DNA from: Candidatus Bathyarchaeota archaeon
GTDB lineage: Archaea; Thermoproteota; Bathyarchaeia; Bathyarchaeales; Bathycorpusculaceae
Direction of reading: 5' to 3'
NCBI GenBank assembly: GCA_963775685.1
Contig: CAVZJV010000014.1
Span: forward strand, 928,001 to 992,000
DNA: 64,000 nucleotides
Made by a program: the position numbers and the translations under genes. Positions 43,116 to 56,500 of the stretch are shown piece after piece. Under the pieces are notes generated by a model, which saw only the letters and a program-made list of their open reading frames with translations, was not told the origin of the DNA and did no database searches. How positions within the stretch are numbered: position 1 is the first letter of the stretch; each line of letters opens with the position of its first letter.

Positions 43116-45068
43116 CTACCGTAAAGCAGCGACGTACTGTTCCCACCAAGACGGAAGATAACCATGATCTGCAGGCGTAGCAGCCATACAAAAAACGCCT
43201 CCTTGCCAAGCTGTATTTGTTTCCCAAATAGCGCGGTCTAAAGACAAAGGAGCACTATAAGCTGGTCTATCACCACTTGCAGAGCGAGGCGGGCTGTAAA
43301 CAAAATTGATATCGTACATCCAATCTTTAGTGACGCCAATGAATTTCTGAGGATACGCTGCAATCAATGAAGAAAGCTGTGGGGAATTAATAAACTGGTA
43401 CCAACTATACTCGGTGCTTATCTTATCTGCGTAGGTGCATGTTCGCTCTTCAATATTATGGGTGCCTGGATTCACAAATAACAATTTGCCCATACTATGA
43501 ACGTAGTTAGCGATAGCCTCATAATAGGTTGCGTGATTCCACTGGTCGCATTCGTCAATCATAAAAGCATCAATTTCTGGACCTATGCTCATTTGATAGT
43601 CAACAGATCCCCGAATAGGATCACAAGGTATCATTTGGTGAAGCAAGTCATTTAATGAATTAAGACCTCCATTGCTCCAAAGCCGACAAACAACTTTTAC
43701 ACCATGCTCATGAAAATAGTTGATCAATGATGAGGTTAAATGGGGACCACCATAATTAGCAGCATCAACCCATATAGGTACGCCATAAGTATCTCAAACA
43801 CTAGCAATTCTCCGAGCGGTACTATCGCCAGCAGTCATCCAAAAACCAGTCCATAAATACAACTCACCCTTTGTTGATTGAGATGTCACTATTGCCGTAG
43901 GGTTATTTGTGGGAGTGGGCGTTGGGTTATTTGTGGGAGTGGGCGTTGGAGCTACAGTTGGAGAATTAGTTCCGGTTGACCCTAAATTCGCATTAATTGA
44001 ATAGACGTTGTTTTCTTGACCGTTGATACTATAGGTTGATGGGAAGCTGCCATAAGATACGTGTGTGTACCAGCTCTGGCTTGAACTGCCTGAAGAGTAA
44101 GGTAGATAACAATTAGCGTTCTTAAACCAAACCACGAAGCTGTATCTTTGACCTGCAGTTATTGAAGCTGATGATGTTGTGGGAAATGTGAACCATCCGG
44201 AAGCTTTGCTGCTAATAGTTAATTCTTGAGTACTTGCTACTATCGCTTTGTTTGTTTCAGAGTATACCGCGCATTTAACATTGTTTGATGTGGATGCACC
44301 GTTGGTTACGTATACCGTTATAGAATTCAGTGTTCCTGTGCTCGAAGCAGTAAACCTGGAGCCTACCATTAGGTTGTCAGGCTGCCAAGCAGAATAACTG
44401 CCCTGAGTTGTTTGACCAAGCGTAGACGATGATGATAATTGTGTTGGTGAAGATGAGGGACTTGGTGAAGGTGCTGTGGAAGGCGCTGGTGACAATGATG
44501 GTGATGATGTTACAACGGAACTTAATGTGCAGTATATCGAGTATACGTTATTCTCTTGTCCATATCCGCTTAAGCTGCTGTATGGCCCATTTGCGAAACT
44601 ACCTGTATATGATTGAATAACGTACCAACTTTGACCGCCATTACCAGAACTGTACCGTACTGTAGTGCCTGAATTCTTGAACCAGATCACTAAACTATAA
44701 CTCGACCCTGAAGTTAAAGAAGGTGAAGATCCAAAGTTGAAGGTCAGCCATCCATTAAATCCGGATGCGATAGTTTTTTCTTCAGTGACCGTAATTAGCT
44801 GTTTATTAGATTCTGAATAAATTGCACACTTTGCCGTATTTGATGAACTGCCTGATTGGTCGATGTAGACAGACATGCTAATAGGAGTGCCGCCAGAAGC
44901 AGTAAATTTAGAGCCAACCATTACACCTGCTGTCTGCCATGCAGAACTATTGCCTACAGCTGTTTGACCGAGAGTACTTGTTGCTGCGGACAAGCTAAGG
45001 AAAGTTGTGGATAACAAAAGTATCGAAATTAAAAGAGTTAATGCAACTATGCTTTTTTGTTGCATCAA
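43116..45068 (-). pseudogene. Secreted protein with two beta-sandwich repeats and a GH135-like catalytic domain, interrupted by one in-frame TGA (43794-43796)
   Basis: ARRIASV*DTYGVPIWVD continues in frame into 43116..43727 and aligns without gaps to AQRICAARDSSGITIWID of 32452..33381. Confidence 0.85.
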
Positions 45069-45845
45069 ATATTCTCCTTCAAAGCAGTGAAAGACAATGA
45101 ATCTGCGTAAAGTTTGTTTTGAATCATTGTTGATTGCTTAATTTCTGAACAGTATATTTTCATTTTCTCTCTTCCTAAATTTATAGACGACTTGTCGGTT
45201 GCATTCTTTTTAACCTTTTTTGTAAAGTCTACTAACGTTTTCTATAAATCCTATCAAGTGTTTGCAAAGTATAATTAACAATTTTGCAAAGTTCAATATT
45301 TTGATTAAGAATTTATTTCGTACGTTCAATGCTTAAAAAAAGATGTTTGATGGAATTTAGAAAAATTGCTCTCTTCTAACCAAGTAGAGATTATTGGGAC
45401 ATTAATTTCTTTGAGAGATTACAAGTTTCTAAATATAAAAAGGAATATTGGTTTTGTGCTGAATCATAGTTTTTTAGATATTGTTTTGGTTAAATCGCAA
45501 ATACTTGAAAATCTGATACCTGAGGTAAAAATTTCGTCATAACAGGTTCTTTCTTTGAATGGAATTGCTCTACCGCTTTATTCTCAAAAAAATGCCAATT
45601 GTCTAAACCTATCTATGTATGCTCGGGCAATTGTTGAACCTATGATCTTCTATTCTCGATATCATAGGCGTCATTAAAATGCTCCTCAGATTCAACTAAC
45701 TTCTTGACCATTGACCAAAAATTGAATGCGTAAGTGTTAAAGTATGTTCCAAAACTCTCAGACTAAAACATCAACAATTAATGCAAAACTTTTGTAAATT
45801 CAGGTAGAAAATCATTTAAATAAAAATGGTAATGCAAGTTTTATG

Positions 45846-47747
<1,902 letters not shown>

Positions 47748-48132
47748 TGGTGACACCAATTTCGTTTTTACTCACTTACTTACCAAGTTTCAAAAATCAT
47801 TCATAGTATTTGTCTATTAAATTAATTTTTGCATTCATTTAAAGATATAGATTCTTGTCAGCACTTTGAACTTTTTAAGAATCGACAAGGTAAACTTGCC
47901 ATAACCCAATCTTAATGAAGTAAACCCCTGCAAATTGAAAATTTTCAAGCAGGATCAACTCAATAGTCAAAAGACAATTCTAAAGGAGATGACAATCAAT
48001 ATTAGAATATTATTTTTCTACATTTTTTCCATCAATTAACTGAGAAGATATCCAAAGATTATTGCTAATCGCCCATCTTTGAAGCTTCTTCTCAAGCCGG
48101 AACATCTTCGTAGTTAATCAAAAGCAATTAAT

Positions 48133-48744
48133 CTATGCCACTGTCATATTTATCACTAAAGATACAAATCTGTTATGATATTGTGGAACCCCTAAAGTAC
48201 TATTGTAAATCCAAAGCTCAAAAATTAGGCTATAGTAAAATCCTGTTTTGTTAGTGTTCCAACCAGAAGTCTTATCGACTAAGTAATTAATTCCATTAAA
48301 ATTCATCTCACCAACCGAAGAAACGCCATTATCGAAGTTAACGTAATGTGCCTCAAATGTTAAAGGCGCTTGCCATTTTTCTCCGCTTCGCAGAAACAAG
48401 TTGTATTCATACAATGGAGCTAATGTACTGGGTAGACCAACATCTAGATTTGGCATGGAATCATTCTGACCACCAAACTTAACATAAAGTGTATAGTATT
48501 GGGAATGGCCGAGATCATTGCCTACGCCTAAATAGATCAAATTCGTGGCGCCCCCAACGACGTTGAACGGAATGTTGTCAAATGTATGACCCGGCCCAAG
48601 GATGAAGAGTTCCGAGAACTGTTGTCCTACTGGCGGTTTTATCAAAGCAGCAATCGTTGGTGACGCAAAAAAAAGAACCCCGACTAAGCCTATAGCTATA
48701 AAAATTTTCCGATAGCTATCAAGTTGCATTTTTGACACCTTCAA
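48133..48744 (-). CDS. DUF1616-like protein (single TM plus extracellular half)
   Basis: QQFSELFILGP, LGVGNDLG...YTLYVK and LIFELW motifs. Confidence 0.75.
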   Translation of the reverse strand: MKVSKMQLDSYRKIFIAIGLVGVLFFASPTIAALIKPPVGQQFSELFILGPGHTFDNIPFNVVGGATNLIYLGVGNDLGHSQYYTLYVKFGGQNDSMPNLDVGLPSTLAPLYEYNLFLRSGEKWQAPLTFEAHYVNFDNGVSSVGEMNFNGINYLVDKTSGWNTNKTGFYYSLIFELWIYNSTLGVPQYHNRFVSLVINMTVA

Positions 48745-48756
48745 GCACTTGCATTA

Positions 48757-48978
48757 TTATGCTCCTATAATGATGTTTATAACCCTAATCACTATGGTTG
48801 CCAAGAACAAGAAACCTGTAGCTATGGCAGCGATATCTAATTTCTTCTTGTCTAATGTAAAATCGGTTATTTCACTGAATGCAGGCGATATTTGAGCGGT
48901 TACAAGAAGAAGAATAGCACCTATTGCAAGTAATATGCTTGCATCTGTAAGGTCTAAGGGTGGAAGTTGAACTTGCAT
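48757..48978 (-). CDS. Small two-TM membrane protein
   Basis: Two hydrophobic helices; start overlaps the upstream stop (TAATG). Confidence 0.75.
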   Translation of the reverse strand: MQVQLPPLDLTDASILLAIGAILLLVTAQISPAFSEITDFTLDKKKLDIAAIATGFLFLATIVIRVINIIIGA

Positions 48979-49790
48979 TATGAATTCCCTTTGATGTTTC
49001 CAAACAAATAGGTAATTTCGGTAATTCTTGTTTGGGGGTTACGAGTTTCATTTTTTATGATAACGGGTTGACCGATTACTTTGGCAAGTGCACAGGCTAT
49101 GGCGCTTGATAAAATACAGCCGATTTGTTTGTGTGCTTTTGGTTGATTATCGGTTTGCTTACAGGTTCGTTCAAATAAACTCTTGACTATTTCAATTTTT
49201 ATTGTGTTTTCGCCTATCTGAAAATTAGCTGATTCTGCAAGTTTTAATCTCTTAATCATAACATTCTCCAATGTTGGAGCAAAATCTTTGAGGGAAACGT
49301 GTGAAAATGATCTGCCGATTTGCTGTTCAAAGACTGTACACAGTGCTCCACCAGGCGGTATAAAGTAGATACCTGCTTTAATACTAACGCCCATTGAATA
49401 GTTTGTATCTTCTGATGCATGCGATTCCTCAGGGACAAAAACAATGGCGGATTCTGTTTTTTCAAGACTGGTTAATTTCTGGAAGATTCCTGGATTAGAG
49501 TTTATGAAGTCTGTTGACAAATATACACCCTTTTGAACAAGACCTTTTTGACTGAGAATACTTTCAATACCTACAGATGCGGGCTGTGCTGCGGCGCTCA
49601 CAAGTAAGGCAAGATTACTTTTCGTTGGAATTATGTAGAGTAGTATTGTTCCCCAGAATATGAGGGAGAAACCTGCTATGGCAAAGAAGGAAGAAACAAA
49701 CAATGATGAGGCTACTAATGTGGAAGCGCCGAGTAGGATTACGCTAACTATTGCCACTTTCACGATGCCAAAGTTATTCTTTTCAGACAA
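48978..49790 (-). CDS. Conserved archaeal membrane protein (two N-terminal TMs; C-terminal GC.LSSAIACALAK, V4R-like)
   Basis: Operon-like arrangement with the two genes downstream; PPG..L motif and Cys cluster. Confidence 0.75.
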   Translation of the reverse strand: MSEKNNFGIVKVAIVSVILLGASTLVASSLFVSSFFAIAGFSLIFWGTILLYIIPTKSNLALLVSAAAQPASVGIESILSQKGLVQKGVYLSTDFINSNPGIFQKLTSLEKTESAIVFVPEESHASEDTNYSMGVSIKAGIYFIPPGGALCTVFEQQIGRSFSHVSLKDFAPTLENVMIKRLKLAESANFQIGENTIKIEIVKSLFERTCKQTDNQPKAHKQIGCILSSAIACALAKVIGQPVIIKNETRNPQTRITEITYLFGNIKGNS

Positions 49791-49841
49791 ATACTTATCC
49801 CAATCGCAAACTCACAAATGCTCTATTCTTAAACAAATAGT

Positions 49842-52800
49842 TTATTGTTTATTATCTACGTAATAATGTTTTTTGGCGAAGAGAGAACGAAGTGTTTTAA
49901 GGCTTAGGCTTTTACCCGTAATCCGGGGTATTACAATTACAACCACCAAGATCACTGAGATTACTGCAATCAGAACAGCTGACCATAATTGAAGCCCAGA
50001 TGTTTCAGTGAAGGTTACGATAAGTTCATACGTGTTGGAATAGGTCGTGTACCAAACGTAGTAGTTGTTAGCATCTTGGTTGTAATCATAGTCTGCCAGT
50101 TGACTATTAACGTACACTGTTGGTGCTTTTCCGAAAGTTACTGCATTTTTTGGAATGGTAATGTTACAGAAGCTATAAGTTCCGCTTGGCCCAATTAGAG
50201 TCAAGCTTAAGGTTGTTCTTGAGGCTATTTGATCTGATGATATGTCAACGTTGGAAATATTGGAATCAATTATGTTCCCGCTAATGTTAATATAAACGCT
50301 TGAGCCATCGCCTGCCGTTGCCATTAGGGTTTTTAGAGTTATATCAGCAGGGTTGGGTGTTGATGACGGCGTTGGACCGTTAGTGGTTGTAGGATTAGAT
50401 GTTGATGATGGGGTAGAGGTTGCTGTTTGATGGGGAGGTGTTGTTGGAGTTATTGTTGGGGTAGCCGTTGGGGCATTCGTTACCCTAAAGACGTTGCTGG
50501 TCACTGAACGGCTTCCCTCCGTGGCAGTGATAGTTACGCTTGAACCAGCGGAAGCAACTGTTACCGAAGTGGAGCCGACACCGTTAACAAAGGCATCCAT
50601 ATTGTTTGGATTAATTGCCCCTGCAGAACAGATCAAAGACGGCGAACCGTTGTAACTTGTAGCTGTATTGTTGTAGATGTCTTTAGCGATGACTACTATT
50701 CCAAAAGAAGAACCCGCAACCTGATCGTCAACTGAACTAAAGAAAAAGTGATCAAAAACACCAGGATTAACAGAGAAAGTGTCACTCGTTCCAGACATGC
50801 CAGAGCCAGATGTTATAAGCCAAATCCCAGAACCCGCACCAGTAACCATCACCGCGCCGGTCCAAACACCGTTAGAAAAAACACCTGTAGTAGCCGGATT
50901 AATAGTGCCAGTAGAAACACTCAAAATGTTAGTTCCACTAAAGTTGGTTAGGGTGCTGTTATAAGCGTTCTTAGCTGTAATCGTTATGGTAAATGGCACA
51001 CCCGCCGTCTGAACCCCCACAGAGCTGAAAATAAAGTGGTCCAAGGGAGCAATGTTTACAGTGACAGAAACAGCAGAAGAATTCACTGAAGCACCTACAC
51101 TATCTCTCACTTGAAGAATAAAGCTCCAACTCCCAGTAGCGATGGAACCTGAAGTAACGAAATTAAAACTTGGAGAATTTGAACCCACGGCTGCATAACT
51201 TCCACCGGGAGCTTTTTGAAGCCACTGGTATGTGTAGGGGGAAGTACCTGTAGACACAGTTGTAGAAGTCAAACTACTGGTCTGGCCCTGATTAATTGTT
51301 AGTACAGAAGCAGAGATATTCGGTGCAGCCAAAGTAGGATTAACCGTGACTGATACAGCGTTGGAAACAGGAGACGTAACTGGAATAGAAGCACTGTCGG
51401 TCACTTTGCAAGTAACTGAATGTGAGGTTCCGGTTGCAACATAAGAGTAACTTGCGTTATCGCTTCCAACTGTAGAACTGTCCACGTACCATTGGTAGTG
51501 AATCGTATCTGAGCCGCCACTGGATGTAGCCGTGAACGTCTGGTTCTGACCAGCATTCATGGTGAGAGGACCAACTGGGACGATGGTAACAATTGGTGAA
51601 GTATTTACTGTTACTGACGCAGCTGGAGATTGAGCAGAAGTAGTACCTGAACTATCAGTAACAGTCACGGTTATCGAATAAGAACCCGCCGATCCGGGAG
51701 AATAACTAAATGTTGAGACAGTTTGACCACTCTGAACTGAACCATCCACATACCAATGATAACCCGAAGCCGGATAACTACCCGAACCTCCACTAGCCGT
51801 AGCCGTAAACGTCTTAGACTGCCCAACATCCATAACCCAAGCACTAGGCGACACAACAACAGCAACAGGCTCATTAACCGTTACAGACACAGCGTTTGAA
51901 GTCACAACCGCAGAAACCCCGTCAGTAACCTGAAGCTCAAAACTCCAAGTCCCCGAAGCCGTAGAACCAGACGTAACAAAAGAATAGCTAGAAGACGTAG
52001 CACCACTAATAGACAAATAAGACCCCGCACCCGGAGCCCGCTGAAGCCACTGATAAACATAAGGAGAAGTACCCGAAGACACAGCAGAAGAAGACAAAAC
52101 ACTAGTCTGACCCTGACTAACCACCCCAACAGAAGCAGAAACCGTCGGAGCAACCAAAGCAGAATTCACAACAACCGAAACCGCAGATGAGGTAACAGGC
52201 GGGGCACCAGCTGCGTCAGTAACCTGAAGCTCAAAACTCCAAGTCCCCGAAGCCGTAGAACCAGACGTAACAAAAGAATAGCTAGAAGACGTAGCACCAC
52301 TAATAGACAAATAAGACCCCGCACCCGGAGCCCGCTGAAGCCACTGATAAACATAAGGAGAAGTACCCGAAGACACAGCAGAAGAAGACAAAACACTAGA
52401 TCTGACCCTGACTAACCACCCCAACAGAAGCAGAAACCGTCGGAGCAACCAAAGCAGAATTCACAACAACCGAAACCGCAGATGAGGTAACAGGCGGGGC
52501 ACCAGCTGCGTCAGTAACCTGAAGCTCAAAACTCCAAGTCCCCGAAGCCGTAGAACCAGACGTAACAAAAGAATAGCTAGAAGACGTAGCACCACTAATA
52601 GACAAATAAGACCCCGCACCCGGAGCCCGCTGAAGCCACTGATAAACATAAGGAGAAGTACCCGAAGACACAGCAGAAGAAGACAAAACACTAGTCTGAC
52701 CCTGATCGATCTTTCCAGGAGTAGATGTCAAAGTTGGGGCTGCAAGCTCAGCATTCACAGTGACAGAAGCAGAAGATTGAGGAGAGGTGGTGCCTAAACT

Positions 52801-53355
52801 ATCGGTAACTGTTGCTGCAATCGAATAAGAACCCACTGATTTGGGTGAGAAATTAAAAGTAGACGAGGTCTGACCACCCTGGGAAACCCCATTTACATAC
52901 CAATGATAACTCGAATAAGTACCCGAACCGTTACTTGCTGTAGCTGTGAATGTCTTAGACTGCCCATCATCCATAACCCAAGTACTGGGGGATACGACAA
53001 CCGCAAGAGGAGCCATAACCGCAAAAGTTGCATCATCTGTGGTGCCTGAGGCGTCTCTGGCTAAAACCACATAGTTTCCTGGAGCAACATTTGGAACGTT
53101 GAAGGTAGCAGTAAATGGGCCCCCCGTCGAAAGGATTGGGTTTGGATTAGTATTTTGAGCTACTCCGCCAAATGTGATTGTTACGATTGAGAATATACCA
53201 AATCCGTCTCCGTTAACTGTGATTTGGTCGCCGACATAACCTGCATTCTTGCTTAAACTGATGACGCTCGCAGCTGAGGCTGTTGGCATGCTTGATAGTA
53301 GGCAGATTATTGTTGAAATTAAGATTGTTATTATTAGGATTTGAGCTTTTTTCAT
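49842..53355 (-). pseudogene. Large anchored surface protein (IPT/PKD/Ig-like arrays, Pro/Thr linker, pre-anchor domain, TM), about 1170 aa, split by a 1-bp insertion at 52400
   Basis: ATG 53355 begins a signal peptide (MKKAQILII). Repeat copies read ACTAGTCTGA, but the copy at 52395 reads ACTAGATCTGA, shifting the frame between ORFs 52396..53445 and 49842..52448. Confidence 0.85.
51920..52705. repeat. About 2.7 tandem copies of a 294-bp (98-aa) Ig-like domain, identical except for the 1-bp insertion
   Basis: GTCAGTAACCTGAAGC recurs at 51921, 52215 and 52510. Confidence 0.93.
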
Positions 53356-53524
53356 TTTCTTTTCATGCCAATGTTTTTTGTTGGTTTGACTTGAAGTTGA
53401 GAACATGAAGGAAGGGCTGTTTTCTATGTTTTTAACCTTTTCCAATTTTATATGCTTTTAGTTTAGAGTTTTTGTAAAGCAGAAAGATAGTTTAGGTGTT
53501 GCGTTAGGCTGTTTTTTAGGGTTA

Positions 53525-53610
53525 GTTGAAATTGTTGTTGCCGTTGTCGATGCTGTTGATGTGACCCATTCTCTTAGTTGCAACAATCAGCTCAACAAAA
53601 CATTAAGAAA
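53525..53610. repeat. Non-coding palindromic element, copy 1 (GTTGCAAC core)
   Basis: Its reverse complement aligns with 63861..63940 (TTTCT..TGTTTT...TGATTGTTGCAACT...AGAG..TGGGT...CAACAACAA.TTC). Confidence 0.7.
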
Positions 53611-53681
53611 ACTCACAACCCCCGACAAAACAGCACATTTCAAGAGCACAAGTCGCCAGAAAGAGTTATGCCGCCAGCAAC

Positions 53682-54182
53682 CTACATCATATCAGACTTT
53701 GCATCAAGCATCTTCTTTGTGAATGCGCGTTTAAATCGCCGCCAGACAAACAACAAACAAAGACCAAACACGACCGCGCCAACAACCGAAAAAGCCACAG
53801 TCAATAAAACACCATTTTGGGATTCAGCAAGGCTAACATTTCGCAACTTTATTGCCTCGAGATTCACCTTATCAGCCATTTGTTGAACACTCTCTGCAAT
53901 GGACGTAACATTAGTTGAATTTCCACTGTTATACGCATTTTGAGCCTCGGCTAAGAGTGCTCCTGCATTGTTTAGTTCTACCAAGAGGGGAGTAACGTTT
54001 CCGCCTGCTTTTTCAGCGTCTAAAACAGAATGGAAAGCTTGTCCAACAGCATTGTCGGCGGCCTGCAATTTTGAGACAGCTGTATCAGTTTGAGCAAAAA
54101 TATTATCCCTGATTAAAACCCAAGAACCAAGTGCCAAAAGGACAACTAATGTTACCATAAGAAATTTGAAGTAGTTACCCAT
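53682..54182 (-). CDS. Hypothetical helical protein with N- and C-terminal TM segments
   Basis: AEKAGGNVT.L...LN.A..LL..A helical region; GGAGG RBS. Confidence 0.8.
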   Translation of the reverse strand: MGNYFKFLMVTLVVLLALGSWVLIRDNIFAQTDTAVSKLQAADNAVGQAFHSVLDAEKAGGNVTPLLVELNNAGALLAEAQNAYNSGNSTNVTSIAESVQQMADKVNLEAIKLRNVSLAESQNGVLLTVAFSVVGAVVFGLCLLFVWRRFKRAFTKKMLDAKSDMM

Positions 54183-54417
54183 GTTTTGTTGCCTCCAAAC
54201 CGTTTAGGATCCAGATTGTTATTGATTGTCAGAGGTGTGCAAAATTTTATATATAGTTACTGTTTTTTGAGTCAATGCAAGCTTTTGAAATATTCAAGTT
54301 CTTGGTTAGCAAACTGTGTTTCCTATGAGCCAAAAGACACAGAAACCCAATATAGTGAACAGCCTTTAAAGTTGTCTAGTTGTTAAGGCTTTGTCATTAG
54401 TTTGGGTTACTATTCTC

Positions 54418-54640
54418 TATTCTCGATTATTCATGAAAGAAACCCTGCAGATTATTTGCCCAAACAACGGTAAATAAAAAAAGCCACCCTTTCCAGACAA
54501 AGCCTGCAAACACAACAAACACTAAACTAGAAAAGCAACCCAAAAACAAGTGCAAAAATTTCTGCAAAAAAACATTTCTTGTTCTAATAAAGAAAAAAAC
54601 TTTTCAGATAACCCATCAACCGATGGGCTCGACAAGACAT
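54418..54640 (+). repeat. Degenerate non-coding repeat, copy 1
   Basis: Shares TTCATGAAAG, AAAAGCC...TTTCCAG, AAAGCA.CCCAAAA, TCTGCAAAA.AACATTTCTT and AGATAACC, in that order, with 57173..57490. Confidence 0.6.
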
Positions 54641-54720
54641 CTCACTATTTCTATCCTCCAAGAACCTACTTGGGCAATTCAGAGGAAGACAAAAAATTTC
54701 AATTAAGCAGTAAAATAAGT

Positions 54721-55422
54721 TTAGGTAATTCTGTTACTGTTTTCATTTACAAATTCTAGTAGGATACGTTTAAAAATTTCAGCGCCATTTTTAACGCCTA
54801 GTTTTTTCTGACCGCGTCTTTCCCGATAGGTAATGGGAACTTCTACTATGCCAAAGCCTTCACGCTCTACATGATGATTAAGTTCAACTTCAACATCAAA
54901 CCCTTTGGACCGCACCTGCCAGTTTCTTAGAATACCAGCGCGCACCACGCGTAACCCAGTTAGTGGATCAGCCAATGAGACGCCATTTAACAAGTTGTGA
55001 GCAAAAGCGATTAACCGGTTTCCTACATAAAAAATGCTGCTTAACGCCGTTTTTTCTTCATACCCATGGAATCGGTTGCCGCAGACCATGCCAACGTCAG
55101 GAGACGTCTTTAAAATATGAATCATTTCAGGAACATACGCAGCTGGATAGGTGTAATCTGCGTCTGTTAACACAACAAAATCAACTTTTGGGTCGAGTTG
55201 CGCAACGGCTTTGGCCACCGCATCGCCTTTGCCTAATCCATCTTGAACAAAGATTTGTGCACCAAGGTTCTTAGCTACCTCAACAGTTCGGTCGCTGCTT
55301 CTTCCGTCAACTACTAAGACCCGTGAACCTTCTAGGGTGTCCATCAGCTCAGCAACAGTGAGCCCTATTCCTTCTTCCTCGTTTAACGCAGCTATGATAA
55401 CTTGCGTTTGGTGTGCATCCAT
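54721..55422 (-). CDS. Dolichol-phosphate glycosyltransferase-like GT2 (DPM1/AglJ-like)
   Basis: IAALNEEEGI, VVDGRSSD, GKGDA, TDADYTYP, DPLTGLR and GFDVEVE motifs. Confidence 0.9.
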   Translation of the reverse strand: MDAHQTQVIIAALNEEEGIGLTVAELMDTLEGSRVLVVDGRSSDRTVEVAKNLGAQIFVQDGLGKGDAVAKAVAQLDPKVDFVVLTDADYTYPAAYVPEMIHILKTSPDVGMVCGNRFHGYEEKTALSSIFYVGNRLIAFAHNLLNGVSLADPLTGLRVVRAGILRNWQVRSKGFDVEVELNHHVEREGFGIVEVPITYRERRGQKKLGVKNGAEIFKRILLEFVNENSNRIT

Positions 55423-55561
55423 TCTTTCTTGAATCAGTAAGACAACCTACTTGCAGGTGCATTAAACCTTATGATTTCTCGTATTAAAACAGCTATATTC
55501 AAGCTGAAACATATCAACTTTTCAGCTCCCTAATGGTGGTCATAAACCTTTTAGCGATTTT

Positions 55562-55753
55562 TTAAGTTAAACCACAATATGCTGGAAGGGGAGTACGCAC
55601 AAACACTGATAGCTCTTTTTGAACAAACGATATCGGTTTATCTCGCGTTGACTTTTTGGGGGATCCCATTTGGCATAGGCTCCTGCCAACAAACCATATA
55701 AAGAGACCTATTGGCAGTAGCAGCATTGATTTGGTTCTATTTCGTCTTGGCAT
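55562..55753 (-). CDS. Small single-TM protein (MPRRNR...LLPIGLFIWFVGRSL), probably leaderless
   Basis: A TTATAAAT box lies 22-29 nt upstream of ATG 55753; paralog of 56273..56500. Confidence 0.6.
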   Translation of the reverse strand: MPRRNRTKSMLLLPIGLFIWFVGRSLCQMGSPKKSTRDKPISFVQKELSVFVRTPLPAYCGLT

Positions 55754-55774
55754 GACTTTTTGTCGGCGCATTAA

Positions 55775-55790
55775 ATTTATAAGACTTCCT
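55775..55790 (-). promoter_or_regulatory. BRE-TATA promoter
   Basis: AGGAAGTC-TTATAAAT at canonical archaeal spacing from ATG 55753. Confidence 0.55.
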
Positions 55791-56221
55791 AATACGCAGA
55801 TATATACAAGGCTGCAATCCCAAAAGGTTTCTGCCACTTCGGATAGGTGATCTCGATGCCATTTTTCTCTGGTCATATCTCCTTTAATTTTCTACGTTTG
55901 TTGCTAAAAAGTTTAGCCAAAGCTCTATAAAATTCCCTCCTGAGGGAGGCGGACTCGGAAAGTGTAGCTTTAAATGGACTTTAAGTTTCTTGCGTCCTTT
56001 TTGAGTATTCATCCTTTCTGGTTTTAAATCTTTTAAGGCTTGTGCAATTCTTTCACTTGGAAAAAAATCTTTTCTGATTTAGCTTTTACAAACTAAATCT
56101 CAAAAAAAGGTCATAAAGAACAAAGAACAGCTTGTAATAGTCTGGAAAAACGTACGTAGTTTCTATTTGCTGATTCATATACGGAATCTTTCATAGCGGT
56201 TTTGGGGTCCAAAAAAAATCA

Positions 56222-56236
56222 ATAAAACTTATATAT
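56222..56236 (+). promoter_or_regulatory. BRE-TATA promoter
   Basis: ATAAAAC-TTATATAT upstream of the small gene at 56258/56273. Confidence 0.5.
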
Positions 56237-56272
56237 TAAGAATTAAGTAACAATAATGTGGCAGGTAACCAA

Positions 56273-56500
56273 ATGAGCAACCTAACGACCAAACCAACCC
56301 CCAGAAAACCACGCAGCAAACTAACAAAAATCCTATCAGCTCCCTTACTCGCCATCATCTTCCTCATAGGATGGAGCCTCTACTACATCGGACAACAAAA
56401 CAACAAGCAAAAACAAAACCCCAAAAACAAAACAACTAGAAAACAAGAAGAACTCGAGCTAATCGTAATCCCAAAAGAAGAACAAACACTAACCACCTAA
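56273..56500 (+). CDS. Small single-TM protein (LSAPLLAIIFLIGWSLYYIG)
   Basis: Basic N-terminus, one TM, EELELIV tail; AGGT RBS. Confidence 0.75.
   Translation: MSNLTTKPTPRKPRSKLTKILSAPLLAIIFLIGWSLYYIGQQNNKQKQNPKNKTTRKQEELELIVIPKEEQTLTT

Noticed and set aside
43794-43796. Selenocysteine recoding of the in-frame TGA
   Set aside because: It aligns with Arg rather than Cys, and no SECIS-like hairpin was recognised downstream.
51671-52691. Repeated Leu/Arg-rich 67-83 aa ORFs
   Set aside because: Off-frame products of the G/T-rich Ig-domain coding sequence, three of them from the 294-bp tandem repeat.
55754-55876. 41-aa N-terminal extension of the small TM protein
   Set aside because: It contains the TATA box, and the paralog aligns from MPRRNR onward.
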